Shown: piece by piece, positions 19,491 through 27,537 of the stretch
Position numbering within the stretch: the first letter of the stretch is position 1
How the letters are laid out: every line of letters begins with the position of its first letter
Source: an uncultured Myxococcales bacterium
GTDB taxonomy: Bacteria; Myxococcota_A; Polyangia; Palsa-1104; JAEUJZ01
Length of the DNA: 64,000 nt
NCBI GenBank assembly: GCA_937952145.1
Contig: CALFYE010000301.1
Location: forward strand, 3,362 to 67,361
Reading direction: 5' to 3'
Translations under genes and position numbers: made by a program
The notes under the pieces: generated by a model
The model's input: the letters and a program-made list of their open reading frames with translations, nothing else
Database searches by the model: none
Told to the model about the DNA's origin: nothing

Positions 19491-20564
19491 CTACGAGGCG
19501 GTGGCGCTCTGTAAGGCGGCGAGGGCGGCGCCACTCTGCACGCTGGGGCGCAGCCAGTGCGCGATCGCGGTCGTAATCGCCGATAGCAGTACTTGGCCCG
19601 TCGCTGACAGCTCGCCAGGGAGGCTCGGGCTGGTCGCGCCGGAGGGAGCAGGGTTTTCGGCCAAAAGGAGCAGGAGTTCGCGCAGTGTGCGCTGGCCCCA
19701 AGGCCGGCCGGCGAGGTCCTGCGCATAGAGCCAGGTCAGCGCGGCCGTCAGGTCGGGGGCCGCCTCGGGACGATCGAGCCAGGTAAGCAGCGTCGAGCGC
19801 AGCTGACTGGCAACGCGCAGCGGCTGGGCCCGGCCAAGCTCGTTGGCCAGCACCTCGCCACGCAGGTCGAGGGCAAAGTCGAGGAGCGACAGCTTAAGCT
19901 CGATGTGCTCGGCGGTCCGCGCAGGATCGGTCAGCGTGGCTGCCAGGCGGGCAACTAGCTCATCGACGGCGCCCTCGGCAAACTCGGCGGCTCGGCGCTG
20001 CATCTGCCGCTCTAGCTCATCGGTGACGACGGAGGCGACGCCGGAAGCGACAGCCCCGACGGCGGCGGTTCCTCGCTGCACGGCCTGGGTGGCCAGCCGC
20101 CCCAGCATGCCCAGGTTGCGGCCGGCGTTGGGGTCGGACAGCGTCGAGCGGATGCGACGGGTGTAGTCGACCAACGTCCCCAGCATGAGCTCGCGGTTGA
20201 GGCGGCGAAACGGCGGACGCGAGAGCAGGGCCACAAGCAGCGTGCGCTCGGGGACGTAGGGCGTGCGAGCAAGCTCTTGCAACAGCAGCACGGCGTCGGC
20301 TGACAACAGGCTGCGCAGGGTCGGCACGCGGCGCAGCGTGCTCTGGGCCAGCGTCAGTCCCTGGGTCAGGCGGACATCAGCTTGCGGATCGCGCAGGATG
20401 GCCAGCGCGACGGCCCGACCTAGCTCGGCACACAGGGCAGGCGGCAAGAGCGTCTGCAGCGGGCGCCCCATGCAGCCATCGAGCAAGACCTCGGCCAGCC
20501 GGTGTGCCGCGTCCTTTGGTGCGGGTGGCGGCGCAGAGGCCTCGGTGGGACTCACGCTACTCAC
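19491..20564 (-). CDS. Ala/Leu-rich, predicted helical protein of unknown function (no signal peptide seen)
   Basis: Track ORF. Its start overlaps the stop of the giant repeat gene by 8 nt (20557-20564), which implies co-translation. No motif recognised. Confidence 0.55.
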   Translation of the reverse strand: MSSVSPTEASAPPPAPKDAAHRLAEVLLDGCMGRPLQTLLPPALCAELGRAVALAILRDPQADVRLTQGLTLAQSTLRRVPTLRSLLSADAVLLLQELARTPYVPERTLLVALLSRPPFRRLNRELMLGTLVDYTRRIRSTLSDPNAGRNLGMLGRLATQAVQRGTAAVGAVASGVASVVTDELERQMQRRAAEFAEGAVDELVARLAATLTDPARTAEHIELKLSLLDFALDLRGEVLANELGRAQPLRVASQLRSTLLTWLDRPEAAPDLTAALTWLYAQDLAGRPWGQRTLRELLLLLAENPAPSGATSPSLPGELSATGQVLLSAITTAIAHWLRPSVQSGAALAALQSATAS

Positions 20565-23500
20565 TGGCCATGCGCAGCGTCGCGCCGTACCAGGCCGACT
20601 GCGTGCCGACGGGTTCTAGCGGGACGACGATGCCCCAGAGCAAGCGCAGCGTGCGGTGGATGCCCTCGCGCGAGTACCCGACCAAGCCGTAGAGCACGCT
20701 CCATTCGAGATCCTGTGGACGCGGACGGCCGAAGTTGAACAGCGGCCAGAAGTGAACGCTCCATGCGCCGGCGTACTCGCCCGTGCCCTTGTGGACGTAG
20801 GTGTTGAGTACGATCGTCGAGTGTCCGCGATCGGTACGCCAGTGCGCGCCGAAGGGGAAGAGCACGCTGAGGGCCAGACCCGGCCGGCGGACGCCGATGT
20901 AAAGCGGGGCCAGGACCGTCGTCGAACGCCCGGTCTCCTTCGAGCTGAAGTGCCAGAAGAAGGGGAAGACCACGCGCTCGCGGCTACCGTCGCCGCCGTT
21001 GCGGATCCAGGTCAGAAGCGGTAGCAGCAGGAGCGAGCGGTTGTTGTGCTCGTCGCGGCGATAGCCAAAGAAGGGCAGGGCCACGACCGTCGTCGTCGCC
21101 GGCCGCTTCAGGTAATAGAACAGCGGGAAGAGGACCGTGGTCTGGCGATCGGGCTGCTTGAAGTGCCACAAGAGCGGGAACTGCACGAACGACACACTCT
21201 TTGCCGTGGTGCCGGGCAGGGCGGCCCGCTTGAAGTAGGTCAAGAGCGGGGGCAGAAGCCAGGTCGTGCTGTCCTGTAGCTCGTCGCGGTGACGGACCAC
21301 AAACGGCAGGACGACACCGACGGCAGTGGTGCGGCTGCGGTAGTAGTTGTTGATGTCGAGCGCAAACGGCGCCAGCAGCGTGGTGCGCGAAGCGAGTGTG
21401 CGGTAGTGCCAGAACAGCGGCGTCACCATCGTCAGGCTGCGCTCTGGCGAAGAGGCGCGGTAGAAGAGCGGCAGCACAAAGGTCGTGCGGTCCTGCTTGT
21501 TGATGTCGAGACCGTCGTAAAACAGCGGGAACAGGGCCTGCGTCTTCTGGTTCGCGTCCCGTCGTACGTACAGCGGGCCCAGGTAGAAGCGGAAGCCGTT
21601 GGCCGCGCTGTTGAAGCCAAACAGCGGAGTCACTACCCAGGTGCTCGACAGTGGCTTGTGCGACGCATAGACCAGCGGGAAGATGCCCATGCTGAAGCCG
21701 CCGTCGCCTTCGTTGCGCCCGTACACCAGCGGTAGGAACCCGCCGTACGTCGCGCGCTCTTTGTGGCCGAAAAACAGCGGGCCGAGCAGGGTGAACGAGC
21801 GGTCGGTCGTCGCATCGCGCGAGTCGTAGAAGAACGGCAGCACGAAGGTGGCGCGCGCCGTCCCGCGGCGGGTGGCGAAGAACAGCGGGAACACACCGAA
21901 GTCACTGCGCGTGCGCTCGACATCGGCGTAGAACGTCAGGAAGGCGCTGCGGACGCGATCCTTGACGTAGTCGTGGTGATAGAAGCCAAGCGGCGTCGCC
22001 AGCAGGCTCTGGCTGACGCTACGGCCGTAGCCGAAGAGCGGGAGGACACCGAAGGCCAGCTCGCCCTTCTGCTCGTCTTTGTGGTGGAAGAAGGGCAGGA
22101 CCACGGTCGTGCTGCGACCGGGGCCGCGTACCGAATAGAACAGCGGCAGCACGGTATGCGACGAGAGCTCGCCACGCTTGACGCCGTAGTACAGCCACAG
22201 CACGGAACGGAACGAGGTGTTCTCGTCGCGGATGTCGGCGTAGACCGGGAAAAGAACGAGGGCGCGGCGCCCCGGGCTGCAGTGGAAGTAGTACAGCGGG
22301 AAGAGGGCGCGCGAGATCGACTGCCCTGGTTGCCCCGGATTGCCCACCGTCTCGACGTACGGACCGATGAGCAGAGTGCGGCGCTCGGCGGTGCGGCTGT
22401 AGCCAAAGCCCGGGCCCACGACCAGCGTGCGCTCCGGCGAGCGATGGGTATAGAGCAGCGGCAGAATGCCAAACGTCGTCGAGGTCACCGTGGACGGCGC
22501 CGCGGCATCGGCTGGCGCGGTACCGGTGGTCACTTGCGGGGTAAGTGCTGCCAGCGAGCCGGGGGCGACCTGGCGGCGGACCTGATGGTAGAACATCGGT
22601 CCGGCGAGGAAAGACGAGGTCTCGACGTTGCCGCTCTTGCGTCGCCACTCGGCGAACAGCGGCAGGAGCACGGTGTAGCTGTCGCTGGCGCTCCGCTTCC
22701 AGAAGAACAGGGGAACGACACCGCCGTGCACCGCCGCGCGCGTATCGCCAAAGAACTGTGGGCAGCGGCGCTGCCAGTACAGCGGACCGGCGATCAGGCG
22801 CTCGAAGCCTGGCTCGCTGTGGTGATAGAACAGCGGCAGCAGCGCTTGGGTGCGGTTTGCTCCGTGGCGGCTGACGAAGAGCAGCGGGAACAAGCCCGCG
22901 TCATAGCCGGCCTCCGGGCCCTTGGTGGTGTAGCGGTAGAAGATCGGGCCGACGTTGATGTGGTAGCGGCCGGCGGCGCGGTCCGCGAAGTACATCACGA
23001 CCGGCGGCACCAGCAGGAAGTGTGGCTTGTTGCCGGTGGCGAACGAGAACAGCGGTAACACGCCGCCTCCGCCAGCCGCTGGCGCGCTGGCCGTCGCTGG
23101 GGACGACCAGCCATAGACCGGGCCGACGAAACCCATGCGCAGCTGCGGCGAGCGATGGAACGCCGCAAGGAGCGGCGGCACGATGTACGTTCCGGCGCGC
23201 GCTACGTCGTTTTCGAAGCGGAGAAACAGGGGCAGCAGGCCTTCGCTGCGCCCGCTGTCGTCGCGCGAGAAGAAGTACAGGCCGGCATAACCCGCTGAGT
23301 GCCCAGTCTGTTTGTTGCGCCACCAGGCCGCGACCGGCGGAATGACCGTCACCTCGGATGCCGGGGTCTGTCGCCGCAGGACCAGCGGAGCCAGCCACAG
23401 CGTCGTGGTCTCGGCCGCTGGCCCGTCGTGATACTGCCCACCGAGCGGCGAGATGAAGAAGTGACTCTTGTCTTCCCACCGACGGTAGAAGAACAGCGGA

Positions 23501-24582
23501 ATGAGCGTGGCGTAGCGCGCTCCGGTCTCGCTGTTGTGTCCGCTGAAAAACAGCGGCAACACAGAGGTCGTGCTCTCGGGACCTGTGCGGCGATACCAGA
23601 CCAGGGGGAAGTAGCCAGCGCGGACTTTCTCTTCCGGGTTCTCGTCGCTCTTGGCTTCGCGATAGTAGTAGCCAAGGCCCAGGAAGAGGCCGAGCGAGGT
23701 CTTGGGTCCCTGGTGATAGAACATCAGGGCCGGCAGGAACAGGGTGTCGCTGGTCTTGGCTGCGTGATCCTTGCGCTCAAAAAATAGGAGCGGTGGGATC
23801 AGCGTGGTTTCCGTCGGACCCCGTCGCTGTGAGTAGAAGAACGGCATGATGCCGATCGCGCGGCCGCCGTCTTCCCCCTTGCCGTAGTCGGAGTAGAAGA
23901 ACAACGGCCACAGCCGGTGGGTCTTTTCCGTCGGCGTACGTCGGTACTGATAGGTGGGAAAGACCCAGGTATCGCGGGTCTTTTCGACGTGATTCTGGTG
24001 GTCGACGAAGAGCGGCGCGACTATGCGGGTGCTGCGCTGCGGTCGCCACAGGCTGTAGTAGAACGGCAGGACGAGACGAAAGCCGATCGGCCCGGGCTGG
24101 TGGAAGTAGACAATGCCCGAGGTCATGCGCTGCACCGACTTGCAGACGTGACGGGCGCAGACACTCTGGGCCGGGCACTGCGAGTCGTTGTCGCACTCGG
24201 AGGCCTTGGCTTTCTTCGCGTCCTTGTCGGTGGTGCTCTCGCTTTCGTCGTCGTCGCCGTCGAGCGCTCCGGGCGGAGGTGTGGCGAAGGGGACCGCTGG
24301 CGCCTCGCCTACCGGTGCGGCCGGATCGGCGCTTGGGCTAGCCGGAGGAGGCGCAGCCTGGGCAAACAGCGGCAGCGGGGGCAGCCCGGCTGGCTTAGCT
24401 TGCGCAGGGGCAGTCTCACCCGCTCCGGCAAGGGCGGTCCGAAACGGCGAAAAGCCCACGGGTGGCGCAGCCTGCGCGTCACCAGAGGGCCCACCGAGAA
24501 GGGCTAGACCAATCAGTCCAGCCGACAGCACAGCGACGGAAGAACGCCGTCGCAGGCTGCGTGCTACGGTGTCATCTTCCAC
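20557..24582 (-). CDS. Giant exported repeat protein (1341 aa) built from about 55-58 degenerate 17-19-aa 'PLF[YF]' units; family unknown
   Basis: GTG start at 24582 with GGAG 8 nt upstream. The N-terminus is signal-peptide-like (RRRSSVAVLSAGLIGLALLGG...AQA). It is followed by a Pro/Ala/Asp-rich linker, a Cys motif (CDNDSQCPAQSVCARHVC), and then hand-counted repeats such as VLPLFYSVRGPGRSTTV / VLPFFHHKDEQKGELAFG / VLPLFGYGRSVSQSLLA. Confidence 0.8.
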   Translation of the reverse strand: MEDDTVARSLRRRSSVAVLSAGLIGLALLGGPSGDAQAAPPVGFSPFRTALAGAGETAPAQAKPAGLPPLPLFAQAAPPPASPSADPAAPVGEAPAVPFATPPPGALDGDDDESESTTDKDAKKAKASECDNDSQCPAQSVCARHVCKSVQRMTSGIVYFHQPGPIGFRLVLPFYYSLWRPQRSTRIVAPLFVDHQNHVEKTRDTWVFPTYQYRRTPTEKTHRLWPLFFYSDYGKGEDGGRAIGIMPFFYSQRRGPTETTLIPPLLFFERKDHAAKTSDTLFLPALMFYHQGPKTSLGLFLGLGYYYREAKSDENPEEKVRAGYFPLVWYRRTGPESTTSVLPLFFSGHNSETGARYATLIPLFFYRRWEDKSHFFISPLGGQYHDGPAAETTTLWLAPLVLRRQTPASEVTVIPPVAAWWRNKQTGHSAGYAGLYFFSRDDSGRSEGLLPLFLRFENDVARAGTYIVPPLLAAFHRSPQLRMGFVGPVYGWSSPATASAPAAGGGGVLPLFSFATGNKPHFLLVPPVVMYFADRAAGRYHINVGPIFYRYTTKGPEAGYDAGLFPLLFVSRHGANRTQALLPLFYHHSEPGFERLIAGPLYWQRRCPQFFGDTRAAVHGGVVPLFFWKRSASDSYTVLLPLFAEWRRKSGNVETSSFLAGPMFYHQVRRQVAPGSLAALTPQVTTGTAPADAAAPSTVTSTTFGILPLLYTHRSPERTLVVGPGFGYSRTAERRTLLIGPYVETVGNPGQPGQSISRALFPLYYFHCSPGRRALVLFPVYADIRDENTSFRSVLWLYYGVKRGELSSHTVLPLFYSVRGPGRSTTVVLPFFHHKDEQKGELAFGVLPLFGYGRSVSQSLLATPLGFYHHDYVKDRVRSAFLTFYADVERTRSDFGVFPLFFATRRGTARATFVLPFFYDSRDATTDRSFTLLGPLFFGHKERATYGGFLPLVYGRNEGDGGFSMGIFPLVYASHKPLSSTWVVTPLFGFNSAANGFRFYLGPLYVRRDANQKTQALFPLFYDGLDINKQDRTTFVLPLFYRASSPERSLTMVTPLFWHYRTLASRTTLLAPFALDINNYYRSRTTAVGVVLPFVVRHRDELQDSTTWLLPPLLTYFKRAALPGTTAKSVSFVQFPLLWHFKQPDRQTTVLFPLFYYLKRPATTTVVALPFFGYRRDEHNNRSLLLLPLLTWIRNGGDGSRERVVFPFFWHFSSKETGRSTTVLAPLYIGVRRPGLALSVLFPFGAHWRTDRGHSTIVLNTYVHKGTGEYAGAWSVHFWPLFNFGRPRPQDLEWSVLYGLVGYSREGIHRTLRLLWGIVVPLEPVGTQSAWYGATLRMASE

Positions 24583-25208
24583 TCACCGTTCTCCAGCACC
24601 AAGTGGATGTCATCGGTCTGCACGTTGTCGCCCTTGGTGCGGCGAACCTTCAGCACCGCTAGACGCTGCTCGCCCTGCTTCTGGAACGACGTCGACAGGA
24701 ACGAGAACTGCACGCCTTCGAGGTCTTTCTGTGCCTGCTTGAACTGGTCGGGGGATTGCGCAAGCTGCTGCCCGACCATGCCCTGATACATGAGCGCATA
24801 ACAGTCGATGGCCTTGCCCGGCTCGCCCTTGAGCATTGAGGTGCGCCAGCGATCAAACGTCTTCTCTGGCGTCGAGAACTCGGTGCGCGCCGGCGGCAGC
24901 TGAAACACGATCTGCTTCACCTTGTCGCGCGGCAGCTCCAGCTTCTGGCCGTTGGTCGTCTCAAGCACGATGAGGCCGTCGAAATAGTGCGTCAGCTTGC
25001 CCATCACCTGCGTGTTGTCTGCGAGCGTGACGACCTCGGCCTGCGCCGGCCCATACTGCAGGATCAGGCTCAAGGCAGCGACGGACCAAGCGATCGAGCG
25101 GACGAACCGGCGAGAGGCAAACGTGCATTGCGAGGGTCGCGGGAAAGCCACTTGGACGACAGAGCGGCCCTGCCGCGCAGCCTGAGCAGAGCACTTGTCT
25201 GGGGACAT
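24564..25208 (-). CDS. Secreted protein of unknown function (possibly an NTF2-like C-terminal half)
   Basis: AAGGAG lies 8 nt upstream of the ATG at 25208. Signal peptide: SIAWSVAALSLILQYGPAQA. The stop overlaps the GTG start of the giant repeat gene by 19 nt. Confidence 0.6.
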   Translation of the reverse strand: MSPDKCSAQAARQGRSVVQVAFPRPSQCTFASRRFVRSIAWSVAALSLILQYGPAQAEVVTLADNTQVMGKLTHYFDGLIVLETTNGQKLELPRDKVKQIVFQLPPARTEFSTPEKTFDRWRTSMLKGEPGKAIDCYALMYQGMVGQQLAQSPDQFKQAQKDLEGVQFSFLSTSFQKQGEQRLAVLKVRRTKGDNVQTDDIHLVLENGEWKMTP

Positions 25209-25234
25209 TCAGAAAGCTCCTTGCAAGGGCAAGG

Positions 25235-25263
25235 GGTTTACCCCGCCCCGTCGCGGATGTCAA
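25235..25263 (-). promoter_or_regulatory. Candidate sigma-70-type promoter for the 25208 operon (TTGACA-N17-TAAACC on the minus strand)
   Basis: The minus strand reads TTGACA (25263-25258), a 17-nt spacer, then TAAACC (25240-25235), about 27 nt upstream of the ATG. This is pattern matching only, and myxobacterial promoters are poorly defined. Confidence 0.25.
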
Positions 25264-25313
25264 CCTTCCGCGATCGGAGCTCGTGCCCCCTCTTGGCCCC
25301 TGCGCTGGGGCGC

Positions 25314-27452
25314 TTAGCGGGGAGAGCCGGTCGGGTCGCTGCGCCAGGCGGCGAGGGCTGCGCGGACTTTTTCTGCCCGGGGATCGGCGATGGCTTCGCG
25401 CAGCCGCAGGGCCTGCTCGGCGTACTGGATGGCTTCCTCGCGGCGGCTCAGGGCATCGAGCGCGAGCGCACGGTTCCACGCCGAGTTGGCTTCCCCGCGC
25501 CGATCTGAGACGGTGCGGGCGATCGAGATGTGTTGGTCATAGAACGAAAGGGCTCGATCGGCCTGTCCGGCCAAGCGGTAGGCCAGGCCTAGGTTGCCCA
25601 GGGCACGGCCCTCGGCTCGTCGATCTCCAAGCCGCTGGGCGACGGTGAGATCGCGCTCAAACGTTGCGATGGCCGGAGCGGTGAGCCCTGCCTCCAACTC
25701 GGCGATCCCTAGGCTGGACAAAAGCGCGCTCTCGGCTCGTAGGTCGCCGAGTCCCTGGGCCAGGGCAAGGCTCGCTTTGAAGTGCTCGATGGCCTGTGCG
25801 GCTTCGCCGGCATCGAGCAGGCTGTGACCCAAGCTGGCGGCCGCCCTCATAACGAGCCCGCTCTCTCCGGCGGTCTTGGCCAGCTGTAGACACTGGGCAT
25901 AGCTCTGGTTGGCTTGGCTGGACGGTCCTAGCTCGCGCTGTATCTGGCCGAGCAGGAGCAGCAAGCCAGCCTCGGCCACAGGGTCAGCCAGGCGGCGCGA
26001 CGCGGCGAGCGCGCCTTCGATCCAGCGGCTTCGCTGACGGGGTGCCGCGCGCTGGGCAAGCAAGCCGCCGCTAGCTAGGGCTAGCCCTGCATATCCTCGC
26101 AGGCGAGGGGCCTCAGGAGCCGAGCTGTCGGGTGGCGCGCTCAGCACCCAGGCTTGCGCCGCTTCGAAGTGGGCTCGCTGGCTGTCGAAAAGAGCAAGTG
26201 CCTCGGCCAGAGCCTCCGTGCCTTGACGGGATCGCGTCTCGGCGCTCGCCAGCACCCCGGTTAGGTGAGGGACGTGCAGGTCGCGCACCAGCCGCTCGAT
26301 CCCGGGCTCGCTCTGCGTCTGCGCGTACTGCCGTACCAGCTCGTGCATGCGGTACTGGCCGTTGCGAGCATCGAATTCCAACAGCCCGCTTCGTCCTAGT
26401 CGGCGCAGCACATCGGGTAAGGGCGAGGCGTGTGGCGGCAGGGCGGCAATAGCCGATAGGGTCGCGGCATCGTAGGGCAGGGGCAGCACGGCCATCCGGT
26501 TTAGGAGCTGCCGACCCCATGGATCGATGCTGCGATAGGCCACGGCAACCACCGCCATGAGGTCGTGTGCGCTGCCCTCTCTTGGGCGCAGGTTTTCGAG
26601 GCGGGCCCGCTCGTTCTCCAGCTTGGCCAGGACGTCCCCGGGCGTGAGGCGGGGGTCTTCGCGCAGCAATAGCCCCATAAGTCCCAGCGCCAGCGGAGCT
26701 TGTACACAGCGGTGCGAGAGCTCGCTGGCTTGACTGCTCGTCAGGCGGGGACACAGGCTGCGTAGGAGCTGGGATGCATCGGAGAGCGGCAGGCCATCGA
26801 GCTCCATCGCGTAGCTGCTGGCCACGCCGATCTGGGTGAGCGGGACGCGGTTGCGGCTGGTGGCCAGGAGGGCGCAGCCGGGTGGCGGCAGCAGTGCCCG
26901 TAAGGCCGCGCCGTCACGAATGTCGTCGGCAATAATCAAGGCGCGCTGACCGGACAGCTTGCTGCGATAGAGCGAAAGCAGTGCCTCAGGCTCGCTCGGT
27001 AGGCGGGGCAGGGGGCCGACGAGGAAGCGCAGCACTCGCTCCACGGCCTGTTCTGGGCGGAGCGGCTGCTCCGTCGAGCCACGCAGATCAAGCCAGATCT
27101 GCAGCGGTAGCACGGCCTGTAGATCGTGGGCCACCTTGCAACACAGCTCGCTCTTGCCGACCCCTGCCAGGCCCCGTGCAGAAGAGACCAGCGCGACCGG
27201 ACCTGTCGCGGGCCGCAGCGTACGCGCTAGGCGCTCGATCTCGGAACTACGGCCGATAAAGCTGGGGCTGGGATCGCGGATCAGGCGTGTGACGAACGGC
27301 CGTGGGGCGCTGGAACCGGCTCGCTCTTGGCCCAGATCATCTCCGCGCTCGCCGGCCAGCGATCTGTCAAGTCCGCTTCCTGGGCCCGGTGCTCCGTCCT
27401 CGCCGCGATCGGTCCGCCCAGTCCGATCGCGCTGCCGCTGCGTCCCCGCCAC
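25314..27452 (-). CDS. STAND-type (NB-ARC-like) NTPase with C-terminal TPR repeats
   Basis: Walker A GLAGVGKSELC, a Walker B-like ALIIADDI, and a C-terminal array of TPR units (GRALGNLGLAYRLAGQADRALSFYDQHISIAR, AESALLSSLGIAELEAG...). The N-terminal roughly 70 aa are low-complexity and charged. Confidence 0.8.
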   Translation of the reverse strand: MAGTQRQRDRTGRTDRGEDGAPGPGSGLDRSLAGERGDDLGQERAGSSAPRPFVTRLIRDPSPSFIGRSSEIERLARTLRPATGPVALVSSARGLAGVGKSELCCKVAHDLQAVLPLQIWLDLRGSTEQPLRPEQAVERVLRFLVGPLPRLPSEPEALLSLYRSKLSGQRALIIADDIRDGAALRALLPPPGCALLATSRNRVPLTQIGVASSYAMELDGLPLSDASQLLRSLCPRLTSSQASELSHRCVQAPLALGLMGLLLREDPRLTPGDVLAKLENERARLENLRPREGSAHDLMAVVAVAYRSIDPWGRQLLNRMAVLPLPYDAATLSAIAALPPHASPLPDVLRRLGRSGLLEFDARNGQYRMHELVRQYAQTQSEPGIERLVRDLHVPHLTGVLASAETRSRQGTEALAEALALFDSQRAHFEAAQAWVLSAPPDSSAPEAPRLRGYAGLALASGGLLAQRAAPRQRSRWIEGALAASRRLADPVAEAGLLLLLGQIQRELGPSSQANQSYAQCLQLAKTAGESGLVMRAAASLGHSLLDAGEAAQAIEHFKASLALAQGLGDLRAESALLSSLGIAELEAGLTAPAIATFERDLTVAQRLGDRRAEGRALGNLGLAYRLAGQADRALSFYDQHISIARTVSDRRGEANSAWNRALALDALSRREEAIQYAEQALRLREAIADPRAEKVRAALAAWRSDPTGSPR

Positions 27453-27537
27453 ACAGCGAAGGTAGCATGCGAGGTCCAGGCCCGGGGGCCTCTAGGGCGG
27501 CCCACGGGGATGGGGTGGCCGATGGTAGGGTAGGGAG

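Noticed and set aside
18709-19701. A 330-aa minus-strand alternate-frame ORF and a 286-aa + strand ORF (18716..19576) over the 18497..19366 gene.
   Set aside because: Both are Arg/Pro/Ala-rich with no globular character. The chosen frame (18497..19366) gives a balanced composition with an N-terminal export signal.
21763-23058. A 431-aa + strand ORF, with other long + and - alternate-frame ORFs, inside the giant repeat gene.
   Set aside because: It is an Arg/Ala/Glu/Gly-rich antisense translation of the PLF-repeat gene. Its periodicity simply mirrors the repeat codons, and it has no start context or motif.
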